From a bacterium (GTDB lineage Bacteria; Patescibacteriota; Minisyncoccia; Phycocordibacterales; UBA2100): DNA of 64,000 bases. The position numbers were made by a program, and so were the translations under genes. The DNA is taken from contig JAJXVV010000001.1 in the NCBI GenBank assembly GCA_021781955.1, positions 26,688 through 90,687 of the forward strand, read 5' to 3'. Positions 50,077 through 60,249 of the stretch are shown here, piece by piece (positions within the stretch are counted from its first letter, which is position 1; each line of letters starts with the position of its first letter). The notes under the pieces are model-generated. The model did not search any database, had not been told where the DNA came from, and saw only the letters and a program-made list of their open reading frames with translations.

Positions 50077-50988
50077 TTACTGCCGCCGCTTTCCGTGGAA
50101 CGCCCTGTGCACCTCGCGCAGGTGTTTGTCGGTAACATGCGTGTACACCTGCGTGGTCGCGATATTGGCATGGCCGAGGAGCGCCTGCACTGAGCGCAGG
50201 TCGGCGCCGTTTTCGAGGAGATCGGTCGCGAAACTGTGTCGAATGACGTGCGGGGTCACCTTGCGAGTGATGCCTGCCTTGATCGCGTAACGCTTCACGA
50301 GCCGCTCTACCGAGCGCGGCGTAATGCGCGAAAGATCCTTACCTTTCGGCCCGCCGAGACCGTACGATACGAAGAGAGCCTCGCTCATGTCGCCGCGCGC
50401 CTTGAGATATGCGCTGATGGAAGCTTTCGCTGAAGGGGAGATGAAGACGACGCGCACCTTATCGCCCTTGCCGCGCACGGAAAATTCGTCGCGCGAGAGA
50501 TCGAGGTCCGCATTGAGCGAGCAAAGCTCTGAGACGCGCAGGCCGGTCGAGAAAAGGAGCTCGAGCATCGCTTTGTCGCGAAGCGATATCAGATCATCGC
50601 CTTTCGGCATGGCCATGAGGCGCTCAAGTTCGTTGGCAGTGATGAGATCGAGGTCGCGTCCGCCCACCTTGGCAAGCTCGATGCGCTCCGGAGAGAGCGA
50701 CTCGATGCCTTGTTTGCGCAGATATTTGAGGAACGCGCGCAATGCAATGAGGTAGTAGTTCTGTGTCTTTCTCTTCATGCCGCCCGCAGTGCCGGGCTGC
50801 CGATTGAGCCACAGGCGGAACTCGCGCACCATTGGCTCGGTGAGTTTTTGCGGCGAGGTGACCTTGGAGCGGGCGAGGAATCGCGTGAGATAACGGTCGT
50901 AGTTCTCGACAGTCTTGACGCTGCGGCCTTTTTCTATCTCAAGATACTCGAGGAACTGCGTTTTCAACGCTTTGAGGTCGGCCGCCAT
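50077..50988 (-). CDS. XerC/D-like tyrosine recombinase
   Basis: TGLRVSEL, GKGDK, HVIRHSFATDLL, LLGH, TTQVY. Confidence 0.93.
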   Translation of the reverse strand: MAADLKALKTQFLEYLEIEKGRSVKTVENYDRYLTRFLARSKVTSPQKLTEPMVREFRLWLNRQPGTAGGMKRKTQNYYLIALRAFLKYLRKQGIESLSPERIELAKVGGRDLDLITANELERLMAMPKGDDLISLRDKAMLELLFSTGLRVSELCSLNADLDLSRDEFSVRGKGDKVRVVFISPSAKASISAYLKARGDMSEALFVSYGLGGPKGKDLSRITPRSVERLVKRYAIKAGITRKVTPHVIRHSFATDLLENGADLRSVQALLGHANIATTQVYTHVTDKHLREVHRAFHGKRRQ

Positions 50989-51028
50989 GGGTTAATTGTA
51001 CCGCACGATATTGTGCGACGTATCAGAT

Positions 51029-51667
51029 TCAGAATTCGCGCGCCTCCCCGTCCTTGAGCTCCACGAACGTTGTCTCCGGTACGAACATCGAGAGCATCCG
51101 GTACATAAGACCGCGCGATGGCGGCATGATCATGCCGTCGTGTACGCCGAACGCGGTACGCGCCTTCACGATCTTCGCGAAATCAATCGCCATCGACACT
51201 TTCATCCACGGCCCGGCAATCGGGAGCGCGAGGATATCGACGGACTTGCGCGGATGGTGGAAATTATCGCCGGGGAAGTAGAACGTGCCCGCCACAAGAT
51301 AGCCGGTGTTCTCGACGAGGCCGAACTCCTCATAGATGGGTGCGTGGTCCTTTCCAAACCCTTCAATTGAGACGCCCTTCACGGCGATCGACTGCCCGTC
51401 GCCCACGATGGTCGTCTTGACGCCTTTCTCGGCAAGGATCTTCGCGACGCTCGCATTGGAAATGACCTCCGCGCCGGGATTGTCCTTGAGCAGCCGCTCG
51501 ACCGACTCGACATGGAGGTGGTCCGCATGCTCATGGGTAATGAGTATCGCGTCGAGATCGGTCAATCCGGCCTGCTCTTTTACGGTGTACGTGCCTGGGT
51601 CAGTAAGCAGCTTGACGCCATCTAATTCCACAACCAGCGCGCAATGTCCGAGCTTGGTTATCTTCAT
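51029..51667 (-). CDS. MBL-fold metallohydrolase
   Basis: THEHADH, DPG, PGD, GVHD. Confidence 0.9.
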   Translation of the reverse strand: MKITKLGHCALVVELDGVKLLTDPGTYTVKEQAGLTDLDAILITHEHADHLHVESVERLLKDNPGAEVISNASVAKILAEKGVKTTIVGDGQSIAVKGVSIEGFGKDHAPIYEEFGLVENTGYLVAGTFYFPGDNFHHPRKSVDILALPIAGPWMKVSMAIDFAKIVKARTAFGVHDGMIMPPSRGLMYRMLSMFVPETTFVELKDGEAREF

Positions 51668-51686
51668 CGGAGCAGTATAGCAAAAT

Positions 51687-52853
51687 CTATTTCAAATATT
51701 TTTTCTTCTTGAGCTTGTCCGGCAAATACGACTCTTTGTCGTACAGCTCATAACCTTTGTGATATCCGAGCTCCTTCATGAGCTTCGTGGGTGCGTTGCG
51801 GACTTTCATCGGGATGGGGAGGTTGCCGTGCTTCAGCGCGTCGGCGAGCGCCTCAAAATAGGCGTCGTAGCTCTCGCGGCTCTTCTTGCAGGTAGCGAGG
51901 TAAGCCGCGCCGTGCGCGAGGTTGATCTGCGCTTCGGGGTAGCCGACCGTCTCGCACGCGCGGAAGACCGCGTTGGCAACGACGAGCGCGGTCGGCTGCG
52001 CCAGGCCGATATCCTCGCTCGCGAATATAACCATGCGCCGAGCGATAAAGAGCGGATCTTCACCCGCGCCTACCATGCGCGCCAAATAATAGAGCGCCGC
52101 ATCAGGCTGGCTTGCCCGCAAGCTTTTGATGAACGCAGATATCGTGTTGTGGTGCTCTTCGCCTTTCTTGTCATAGCGAAGGTACCTCGATTGCACCGCC
52201 TCTTTGAGCGTGCCAAGCGTGGCCTTGCCGTAGAGTTTGTTTGCGGTCTCGAGCACGGTGATGGCTTGACGCGCATCGCCGACTGCCATGCGCACGAGCC
52301 AGCTACGCGCGTCTTTCGGCACCTTGATCTTCGTGCGGGCGATGATCTTCGCCATGTCGTCGTCGGTGTGTCCATTGAGCACGAAAACGCGGCAGCGTGA
52401 CAGGAGGGGAGCGATGATTTCGAACGAAGGGTTTTCGGTGGTCGCGCCGATGAGCGTGAGGCCGCCGCGCTCGACGAAGGGGAGCAGAAAATCCTGCTGC
52501 GCCTTGTTGAAGCGGTGGATCTCGTCTACGAAGAGAACCTTCGGCTTCTCGAATCCGAGCGTGGGGGACCCAGAGGACCGTCCTCTGGGTTCTGCAGGAC
52601 TTCCGATGATTTTCTTGATATCCTCTTTGCTCGCGTCAACTGCCGAGAGTTCGTGGGACTCCGCGCCGAGCGCAGAGGCGTAGATACGCGCGAGCGTCGT
52701 CTTGCCGCTCCCCGGCGGACCCCATAAGATGAGTGAGAGCAACTCCTTCTTCTCTACCGCCACTCGCAATGGCTTGCCCGCCCCGATGAGATGTTCTTGC
52801 CCTACGAACTCATCGAGCGAACGCGGACGGATGGCCGATGCAAGTGGTTCCAT
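51687..52853 (-). CDS. rarA: Replication-associated recombination protein A (MgsA)
   Basis: GPPGSGKTT, DEIHRFNKAQQD, ATTENP, ASEDIG. Confidence 0.96.
   Translation of the reverse strand: MEPLASAIRPRSLDEFVGQEHLIGAGKPLRVAVEKKELLSLILWGPPGSGKTTLARIYASALGAESHELSAVDASKEDIKKIIGSPAEPRGRSSGSPTLGFEKPKVLFVDEIHRFNKAQQDFLLPFVERGGLTLIGATTENPSFEIIAPLLSRCRVFVLNGHTDDDMAKIIARTKIKVPKDARSWLVRMAVGDARQAITVLETANKLYGKATLGTLKEAVQSRYLRYDKKGEEHHNTISAFIKSLRASQPDAALYYLARMVGAGEDPLFIARRMVIFASEDIGLAQPTALVVANAVFRACETVGYPEAQINLAHGAAYLATCKKSRESYDAYFEALADALKHGNLPIPMKVRNAPTKLMKELGYHKGYELYDKESYLPDKLKKKKYLK
52568..52590. repeat. Palindrome inside rarA, same family as 3813-3871
   Basis: ACCCAGAGGAC-C-GTCCTCTGGGT; 19 nt identical to 3852-3870. 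Confidence 0.85.
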
Positions 52854-52974
52854 ACCATGGATTGTATTCCTCAACGTGCCTTGTGCCCAATCGGCTCGCC
52901 TGCCCGGATACACTTACGCGTTATGCACAGGGTGCGGCTTTGCGCCCGAGGCGGGCGAGAGTATGATGGGACGT

Positions 52975-53520
52975 ATGAATACGAAAATAATCGTAGGTCT
53001 TATCATTGCTGTTATTATAGTGCTTGCGGGTGGTTATTTTGTCGCGAAATCCATGGGTGGCAGCACGCCAGCTCCGCAATCGCAGCAACAGCAGGCGCAA
53101 GCGCCCAGTACCGCTTCGACCACGCCGCAAGTGCAGGGACAAGACGTGAAAGTAGGTACCGGCGCCCAGGCGCAGCCGGGCGACACGATATCCGTCCTCT
53201 ACGTCGGCAAGCTGCCTGATGGTACGGTGTTCGACTCCTCTGCGGCACACAACAACCAGCCGCTCACGTTCGTCCTTGGCTCGCAGGGCCTCATTCCTGG
53301 CTTTCAGATCGGCGTCAACGGCATGAAAGTCGGCGGCGAACGTCTCCTTGCGATCCCGCCTGAGCTCGGCTACGGCTCTCAGGACGTGAAGGACTCGACC
53401 GGCAAGGTCATCATCCCAGCCAATTCGACCCTCGTTTTCGACGTGCAGCTCGTAAAAGTGACCGCCGGAACTTCGACCCCGTCGACCGCGACTCCCTCGA
53501 CCGGTACGACCGCGAAATAA
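52975..53520 (+). CDS. Membrane-anchored FKBP-type PPIase
   Basis: YVGKLPDGTVFDSS, GMKVGGER, IPPELGYG, IPANSTLVF. Confidence 0.95.
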   Translation: MNTKIIVGLIIAVIIVLAGGYFVAKSMGGSTPAPQSQQQQAQAPSTASTTPQVQGQDVKVGTGAQAQPGDTISVLYVGKLPDGTVFDSSAAHNNQPLTFVLGSQGLIPGFQIGVNGMKVGGERLLAIPPELGYGSQDVKDSTGKVIIPANSTLVFDVQLVKVTAGTSTPSTATPSTGTTAK

Positions 53521-53608
53521 CGATTAGACGCGACTCGCTCTCTTGACCCGGCCGTTCCTAGCGGCCGGGTTCTTGCGCTTTCCTAAGTAATGTGATATCA
53601 TCGCGCTC

Positions 53609-53875
53609 ATGCTTACCAAGCGAAAGAAAGCGAACGCCATCGCCATGGCCAGCCGCCACGATGCCGACACCGGATCGCCTGAGGCGCAGGTCGCGATACT
53701 CACGCGCCGCATTGAAGAGCTTTCGGCCCATTTGGACAAGAACCGCAAGGATAAACATAGCCGCCGCGGTCTCCTGGGCCTCGTCGCCGATCGCCGCAAG
53801 CATCTCAAGTACCTCGAGTCGACCAATAAGCGCCAGTACGCAACGCTCATCAAGAAGCTCGGCCTCAAGAAGTAG
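53609..53875 (+). CDS. rpsO: 30S ribosomal protein S15
   Basis: DTGSPEAQVA, KDKHSRRGL. Confidence 0.98.
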   Translation: MLTKRKKANAIAMASRHDADTGSPEAQVAILTRRIEELSAHLDKNRKDKHSRRGLLGLVADRRKHLKYLESTNKRQYATLIKKLGLKK

Positions 53876-53965
53876 GAGCGGCATCGTTTTGTAAGCTATA
53901 ATCCCGATTAGCGGGATTTAATAAATTCACGAACGGCTAATCCGTCGTGGCTAAGTTCCATTTTT

Positions 53966-54574
53966 ATGTCTATTATCAAACACTCTGAACAGCGGGTCGG
54001 CGTCTTCATCGACACACAGAACCTCTATCACAGCGCGAAGAACATCTATCACGCTCGGGTCAATTTCGGCAACGTGCTCAAGGACGCCGTCGCCGGACGC
54101 CGCCTCGTGCGTGCGCTCGCGTACGCCGTCACCACCGAAAGCGGCGAGGAGAAAGGCTTTTTCGACGCGCTCGCCAAAGTCGGCGTTGAAATGCGCCTTA
54201 AGGAGCTCCAGATCTTCTCGGGCGGCGCCAAAAAAGCCGACTGGGACGTTGGGCTCGCGGTCGACGCCATTACCGCCTCGCCTCGGCTCGACACGGTCAT
54301 CCTCCTCACGGGGGACGGCGATTTCGTGCCGCTCGTGCGCTACCTCCAGAACCATGGCGGCTGCCAGGTGGAGGTGGTCTCGTTCGGCCGCTCCTCCTCG
54401 CTCAAGCTCAAAGAGGCGGCCGATGACTTCCTCGACCTCGATCAAGACCCGCGCCGCTACCTCATGAACTATCGCGGGGGCGGCCGCGCTTCGCGCGGCC
54501 GCAGCCCGTCCTCATCCCCCCGCGACGTCGCGGTCTCCGCGCCGAAAGATTCGATCGTGGAGGATGATGAGTAG
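53966..54574 (+). CDS. NYN-domain (LabA/DUF88) protein
   Basis: FIDTQN, KADWDV, GDGDF, ADDF. Confidence 0.92.
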   Translation: MSIIKHSEQRVGVFIDTQNLYHSAKNIYHARVNFGNVLKDAVAGRRLVRALAYAVTTESGEEKGFFDALAKVGVEMRLKELQIFSGGAKKADWDVGLAVDAITASPRLDTVILLTGDGDFVPLVRYLQNHGGCQVEVVSFGRSSSLKLKEAADDFLDLDQDPRRYLMNYRGGGRASRGRSPSSSPRDVAVSAPKDSIVEDDE

Positions 54575-54588
54575 TTCGCTACGCTACG

Positions 54589-54621
54589 AGCGCCGCGCGG
54601 CTTTGCCGCGCGGCGCTTTTC
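54589..54621 (+). terminator. Intrinsic terminator
   Basis: AGCGCCGCGCGGC-TTT-GCCGCGCGGCGCT-TTTC. Confidence 0.8.
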
Positions 54622-54649
54622 TGTTACAGTTCGTGCATACAAGATAACC

Positions 54650-54714
54650 GTGGCGATCGGATAGGCAGCTTGCCCCGAGGAAATCGAGGGGTGGGGCTGA
54701 AATCCGGGCGTCAC
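54650..54714 (+). promoter_or_regulatory. Structured pnp leader
   Basis: Nested pairings GTGGCG/CGTCAC, CGGAT/ATCCG, AGCTTGCCCC/GGGGTGGGGCT. Confidence 0.5.
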
Positions 54715-54725
54715 CCAACAGTAGA

Positions 54726-56912
54726 ATGCAGAAAAAAGAATACTCGCTTGAGCTCGCGGGCAAAACGATGACTGCGGAGTTCAATGACTGGGCCGACCAG
54801 ACCAACGGCTCGGTCCTCTTGCGCTACGGCAACAGCGCGGTCTTCGCGACCGTCGTCATGGGCAGCAAGGATTCCGATAAAGATTATTTCCCGCTCTCGG
54901 TCGAGTACGAGGAGAAATTCTATGCGGTGGGCGCCATCTTGGGCTCGCGCTTCATGCGTCGTGAAGGGCGTCCGTCCGATGAGGCCGTGCTTTCCGGCCG
55001 CATCGTCGATCGCACCATCCGTCCACTCTTCCCAAAGGGCTTGAAGCGCGACGTACAGGTCATCATCACCGTGCTCTCGATCGAGGACTACGACACCGAC
55101 ATCCTCGCGGTCAACGCCGCGTCGCTCGCGATCGCAACTTCCAACATCCCGTGGAACGGCCCCGTCTCGGCGATACGCATCGGGCTCGAGGACGGCAGCG
55201 ACGAGCTCATCGTCAACCCGACCTACGGCCAGCGCCAGGACGAGCTGCCGCCGAAGGCGCGCATGGACCTCACGGTCTCCGGCAAGGACGGCATGGTCAA
55301 TATGATCGAGGTCAACGCGCGCGAGGTGGGCGAGGACACACTCAACAAAGCGCTCGCGAAGGCGAGCGAGGAGATCGAGAAGATCCAGGCATGGCAGAAG
55401 ATGATCGTGAAAGAGCGCGGCGTCGAAAAAGCGGCTTTCATTGCCCCGACCGACACGTCGGAGCTGCCGCCCGCCTTCGACGAACTCATCGTGCCGAGAC
55501 TGCGAGCGACCGGCGGCCGCATCGACAAAAAAGAGATGGGCGCTCTCAAGAACGAATGGCTCGCAGAAACGACGCTCAAGTTCCCCGAACTGAAGCCGCA
55601 GATCACCGACGGCTACTTCGAGTTCCGCATGGATGCGTATGTGCACGACCTCGCCATTCATGAGGGCAAGCGCGTGGATGGCCGCGCGCTCGACGAGATA
55701 CGTCCGCTCTACGCACAGGCCGGCGGCATATCGCCAATCATCCACGGCACTGGTCTCTTCTACCGAGGAGAGACGCACGTATTGGCAGCGCTCACCTTGG
55801 GCGGCCCGGGCGACGCGCAGCTCCTCGACACCATTGAATTCCAGGACAAAAAGAAGACTTTCATGCTCCACTATAACTTCCCGCCTTTCTCGGTAGGGGA
55901 AACGGGACGCGTCGGCGGCATGAACCGCCGCATGATCGGCCATGGCGCGCTCGCGGAAAAATCCCTACGCGCCGTGCTGCCAGCGAAAGAGGCGTTCCCT
56001 TACACCATCCGCATCGTCGCCGATTGCCTCGCCTCGAACGGCTCGACCTCGATGGCGAGCGTGTGCGCGGGGACGCTCGCGCTCATGGACGCTGGCGTCC
56101 CCATCACGAAACCGGTCGCAGGCATCGCGATGGGCATGATGTCCGACTCGAAAGCTGGCGTCTACAAGGTCCTCACCGACATCCAGGGGCCCGAAGACCA
56201 CCACGGCGACATGGACTTCAAGGTCGCCGGGACCAAAGACGGCGTGACCGGCGTGCAGATGGACGTGAAAGTGGATGGCGTCCCGCTCAAAGTGCTCGCC
56301 GAAGCGTTCGCCCAAGCGAAGAAAGCGCGCCTCCAGATACTTGAGGTCATTATGGACGCGCTCCCGGCACCCCGCGCCGACATCTCACCGCGCGCGCCGA
56401 AAATCCTCAGCACGAAGGTGAAAGTCGACCAGATCGGCCTCGTTATCGGCCCCGGCGGTAAGACGATCAACGGTATCCGCGAAAAGACCGGTGCCGAGGA
56501 CATCACCATCGAAGAGGATGGCACGATATTCATCACCGGCAAGATGGGCGCTGCCGAAGCGGCGCTCAAGGAAATCACCGACCTCACGCGCGAGTACGAG
56601 GTGGGCGATCGTTTCGAAGGTCCCGTCGTCCGCATGATGGACTTCGGCGCCTTCGTGAAGATCGGCCCCAACCAGGACGGCCTCGTCCACGTCTCCGAGG
56701 TCGCGCCGTTCCGTATCGGCAACATTTCCGATGCGCTGCACGTCGGCGACGTCGTGCCGGTCGTTCTGAAGGAGATCGATGAAAAAGGACGCTATAATCT
56801 CTCTATCAAAGCCGCCGATCCGCATTGGGCAGAACAGCATGGCCTGACGCCGGATCAGGGTGGTGGAGAATCACATGGCAGACGAGAAAGAGGTCCGCGC
56901 AGACACATCTAG
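54726..56912 (+). CDS. pnp: Polyribonucleotide nucleotidyltransferase
   Basis: HYNFPPFSVGE, SNGSTSMASVC, DMDFKVAG, KH and S1 domains. Confidence 0.98.
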   Translation: MQKKEYSLELAGKTMTAEFNDWADQTNGSVLLRYGNSAVFATVVMGSKDSDKDYFPLSVEYEEKFYAVGAILGSRFMRREGRPSDEAVLSGRIVDRTIRPLFPKGLKRDVQVIITVLSIEDYDTDILAVNAASLAIATSNIPWNGPVSAIRIGLEDGSDELIVNPTYGQRQDELPPKARMDLTVSGKDGMVNMIEVNAREVGEDTLNKALAKASEEIEKIQAWQKMIVKERGVEKAAFIAPTDTSELPPAFDELIVPRLRATGGRIDKKEMGALKNEWLAETTLKFPELKPQITDGYFEFRMDAYVHDLAIHEGKRVDGRALDEIRPLYAQAGGISPIIHGTGLFYRGETHVLAALTLGGPGDAQLLDTIEFQDKKKTFMLHYNFPPFSVGETGRVGGMNRRMIGHGALAEKSLRAVLPAKEAFPYTIRIVADCLASNGSTSMASVCAGTLALMDAGVPITKPVAGIAMGMMSDSKAGVYKVLTDIQGPEDHHGDMDFKVAGTKDGVTGVQMDVKVDGVPLKVLAEAFAQAKKARLQILEVIMDALPAPRADISPRAPKILSTKVKVDQIGLVIGPGGKTINGIREKTGAEDITIEEDGTIFITGKMGAAEAALKEITDLTREYEVGDRFEGPVVRMMDFGAFVKIGPNQDGLVHVSEVAPFRIGNISDALHVGDVVPVVLKEIDEKGRYNLSIKAADPHWAEQHGLTPDQGGGESHGRRERGPRRHI

Positions 56913-58170
56913 CAAGCCGCCTGTTCCCGTGGGCATTTCCGACACGCCGGCAACGATTCCGGCCAATGATGCTTCAGCGCTGCCGGAGCGCGAGAACTTC
57001 GCGCCCCTGCGCTCGTTCGCGGTTCCGCCTCCGCCTTCCGAGCACGGACTGAGCGGCGACATCGCCCAGATCCTCGAGGAGGTGAAGCTGCCCGAACGCC
57101 GCACGCCGTCCGCAGGGAAGCCGATCGAGAACAAAGCAACCATATTCGATACGCTTTCGGGAGCGCCGCGCGCGACGACCGAGCCGACCGATGCGGCCAA
57201 TGCGAGTCCCGCGATACCGGTGATGTCGCGCGATGCGCAGTCTTCCGCCGGGGCCGCCGTGCAGACGGAGGACGACTCGCTCTCGCCCGTCGCGTCGGTG
57301 CACACGCTTAAGGACGACCTGCAGGCGGTGGTACGAGAGCAAAAGATGTCGCTCGTGCGTGCCGTATCACTTGAGGAGGAGCGCCGCGCGAGGGAAAAAC
57401 AGCAGACCGAAAATGCCGACATGCCGGTTCACGCCGAAGGTCACTACGCGCGTACGATCCTGCTTTCGGCTGCGTTGCTCGCGTTCGTCGGCGCGGGCGC
57501 GCTCTTTTTCGTATACGATTCGATACTGGGCCGCGCGGCAGCGCCGCCCGTTGTACAGAATGGCTCGCTGCTTTTCGCGGAGAACTCCGTTTCATTCTCT
57601 ATCGATGGCCAGACGCCGACATCGCTGAAACAGTCGCTCGCGACGGCCCTGGAGACTTCCCAGGGCGCGCTCGGATCCATCACGCAACTCATTCCAACGA
57701 CGAGCACGACGACTCCGGGCGGCACGACACGAACGCGCCCCGCGACGTTCGCCGAATTCATGCAGGCGATCGGCGCGCACCCGCCAGACGAACTCGTGCG
57801 CGCACTTTCCAATACGTTCTTCTTCGGCGTGCACTCGGTCGACACGAACGTTCCGGTGCTCGTCATTCCCGTCACTTCGTACGATCACGCCTTCGCGGGC
57901 ATGCTCGCGTGGGAACCGACCATGAACGCGGACCTGGCGCCCATCTACGCGGCAGTGCCTGCGACCAGGCTCAATCAGAACGGCCTGCCGACCAGCCGCA
58001 CATTCCAGGACCTCACCATCCGCAACTACGATGTGCGCGCCCTCGAGGACGACCACGGCACCGTCAAGCTCTACTACTCGTTCCCGTCGCAACAGATCCT
58101 CATCATCGCGCAGAGCCCATACAGCTTCTCGGAAGTCTTGAGTCGCCTTCAGGCCGCGCGGGAACTTTAA
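56875..58170 (+). CDS. Hypothetical single-TM protein
   Basis: Disordered N-terminus, HTLKDD, TM, YDHAFAGMLAWE. Confidence 0.75.
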   Translation: MADEKEVRADTSSKPPVPVGISDTPATIPANDASALPERENFAPLRSFAVPPPPSEHGLSGDIAQILEEVKLPERRTPSAGKPIENKATIFDTLSGAPRATTEPTDAANASPAIPVMSRDAQSSAGAAVQTEDDSLSPVASVHTLKDDLQAVVREQKMSLVRAVSLEEERRAREKQQTENADMPVHAEGHYARTILLSAALLAFVGAGALFFVYDSILGRAAAPPVVQNGSLLFAENSVSFSIDGQTPTSLKQSLATALETSQGALGSITQLIPTTSTTTPGGTTRTRPATFAEFMQAIGAHPPDELVRALSNTFFFGVHSVDTNVPVLVIPVTSYDHAFAGMLAWEPTMNADLAPIYAAVPATRLNQNGLPTSRTFQDLTIRNYDVRALEDDHGTVKLYYSFPSQQILIIAQSPYSFSEVLSRLQAAREL

Positions 58171-58217
58171 CGCGGTACCGGTTGTCGACAATAAAGTGCG
58201 CGGGGTATACTGACGGC

Positions 58218-58595
58218 ATGGGAAAGAAAGCGGCGGCGGAAGGGGTGCTCACTGAAGCTGAACTCGACGAGCTGCGCGGCGCGCTCGAGGCGGAAAAAGA
58301 CGCTCTCGACGAGGAGCTCGCGACGCACGGCAAGCAGGCTAACGGTAACTGGCAAGGCTCGTCTGAGAGCGAAGGGGAGGAGGCGGATTTTACGGACGCG
58401 GCGGGCAATATCGAAGAGCTCGGCGTGAACGTGCCATTCGTCGCGGAGCTCAACGAGCGCCGCAAGGAGATCGAAGCGGCGCTTGAGCGCATGAAGCACG
58501 GGATGTACGGCATCTGTGAACTCTGCAGCGAACCGATACCGTTCGATCGTCTCGAAGCCAATCCCGCCGCCAAAGCATGCGTTGAGCACTCGTAG
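58218..58595 (+). CDS. TraR/DksA zinc-finger protein
   Basis: DFTDAA coiled-coil tip; YGICELC...RLEANP...CVEH. Confidence 0.88.
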   Translation: MGKKAAAEGVLTEAELDELRGALEAEKDALDEELATHGKQANGNWQGSSESEGEEADFTDAAGNIEELGVNVPFVAELNERRKEIEAALERMKHGMYGICELCSEPIPFDRLEANPAAKACVEHS

Positions 58596-58663
58596 GCGAT
58601 TTGCACAGCCGCGACGCGATGCGGCCGTCCTTGGGCCGGCCGTTCTGCTACAATGATCGCACT

Positions 58664-60244
58664 ATGGGGTCACGCCAGGCCATCGAGTCGGGCTTCGCGC
58701 GCGTCTTTGGCGCGCAGCCGATGCTGCCGAAAGCAACGATCGTGTCGGTCGAGTGCGACATCGTGAAAGGGCTGCACGCCTTTACCATCGTCGGCCTTCC
58801 GGACAAATCGGTCGAGGAAGCGAAGGATCGTCTCGCGGCGGCGATAAAGAACACCGAACCGCCGGGCGAGAGCACGGCCTATGAATACGAATCTCCCAAA
58901 CGCTCCAACAAAAAGATCGTGCTGTCGCTCGCGCCCGCCGCGCTCAAGAAAGAGGGCGCGGTGTTCGACCTGCCGCTTTCGCTCTCATTCTTGCTCGCAT
59001 CGGAGCAGGTCGCGTTCGATCCGGCAGGAAAGCTTTTTGCAGGCGAGCTCGCGCTCGACGGCGCGGTGCGCCCAATTCTCGGGACGCTCGCCATCGTGCG
59101 CGCAGCGCGCGAGGAGGGATTCAGCGACATGTACGTGCCGGCCGAAAATGCCGACGAGGCGTCGCTCATATCGGGGATTGCGGTGCATTCGGTCGTTTCC
59201 CTGCAAGATGTCATCCGCCAGCTTGAGACCAATGACGCGCCTGTGCATGCGCGCTCACTGCCGCGACAGGCATACGCCGAGGACGACAGCGCGCTCGACG
59301 ATATTCGCGGCCAGGAGAGCGCCAAGCGCGGCCTCGTCATCGCCGCAGCAGGCGGCCACAACATCGCCCTCTACGGCCCGCCCGGCACCGGAAAAACGCT
59401 CCTGGCACGCGCCGCCACATCCATTCTCCCCGATCTTTCTGAAGATGAGATGATAGAGGTTACGACCATCCACTCGCTCTCGGGCGTGTTACACACCGGC
59501 GCGGTCGTGCGACCGCCCTTCCGCTCGCCGCACCACACCTCGAGCTACGCTGCGCTCATCGGCGGCGGCTCTGCGGGTATCCGCCCAGGCGAGGCGACGC
59601 TCGCGCACCGCGGCGTCCTCTTCGCGGATGAATTTCCCGAGTTCCATCGCGACGTCATCAATGCGCTGCGCGAGCCGCTCGAAGAGCACGTCGTCTCGAT
59701 CGCGCGCGCGCGAGGTTCGATCGTGTATCCTGCGAATTTTATGTTCATCGCCGCACTCAATCCCTGCCCATGCGGCTTTTGGGGGACGAAGCGCTGCCAA
59801 TGCATGCCGCACGCCGTTGAGAAGTATCGCCGCAAGCTCTCGGGGCCGATTGCCGATCGCATCGATCTCTGGGTACACGTGGGCGAGATGCCGCCGGAGA
59901 GCTTGGCGCAGAGGGCGAAAGGCAAGGGCGGCGCGACGCTTTGGGCGCGCGAGCAGGTGAAAACGGCGCGCGAGCGGCAGCGAGCGCGCTTTGCGGCACA
60001 TACGATAACGCTCAATTCGCACATGCGCGCCAAGCACATCGAATCCGCCCTGCCAAACCTCTCCGATGAAGCCGAGGCAACGCTCCAACAAGCCGCCCGC
60101 TCGATGAATCTCTCGCCTCGCGGCTACCACCGCACGATCAAGCTCGCCCGCACCATCGCCGACCTCGCAGAGAGCGACGCCATAGAGCCCGCGCACATGC
60201 TCGAAGCGCTGCAGTACCGCGCACGGGAAGTCTGGCCGACGTGA
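58664..60244 (+). CDS. comM: YifB/ComM Mg-chelatase-like AAA+ ATPase
   Basis: IVGLPD, GPPGTGKT, RSPHH, LAHRGVLFADE, NPCPCG. Confidence 0.93.
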   Translation: MGSRQAIESGFARVFGAQPMLPKATIVSVECDIVKGLHAFTIVGLPDKSVEEAKDRLAAAIKNTEPPGESTAYEYESPKRSNKKIVLSLAPAALKKEGAVFDLPLSLSFLLASEQVAFDPAGKLFAGELALDGAVRPILGTLAIVRAAREEGFSDMYVPAENADEASLISGIAVHSVVSLQDVIRQLETNDAPVHARSLPRQAYAEDDSALDDIRGQESAKRGLVIAAAGGHNIALYGPPGTGKTLLARAATSILPDLSEDEMIEVTTIHSLSGVLHTGAVVRPPFRSPHHTSSYAALIGGGSAGIRPGEATLAHRGVLFADEFPEFHRDVINALREPLEEHVVSIARARGSIVYPANFMFIAALNPCPCGFWGTKRCQCMPHAVEKYRRKLSGPIADRIDLWVHVGEMPPESLAQRAKGKGGATLWAREQVKTARERQRARFAAHTITLNSHMRAKHIESALPNLSDEAEATLQQAARSMNLSPRGYHRTIKLARTIADLAESDAIEPAHMLEALQYRAREVWPT

Positions 60245-60249
60245 TCGGC

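Noticed and set aside
50077-50988. Prophage or island integrase responsible for the tuf or tRNA-Gly insertions
   Set aside because: Looks like a housekeeping XerC/D among core genes; no att repeats, phage genes or convincing dif site adjacent.
54650-54714. SRP (4.5S) RNA
   Set aside because: Lacks the conserved domain IV CAGG...GGAA...AGCAG motif.
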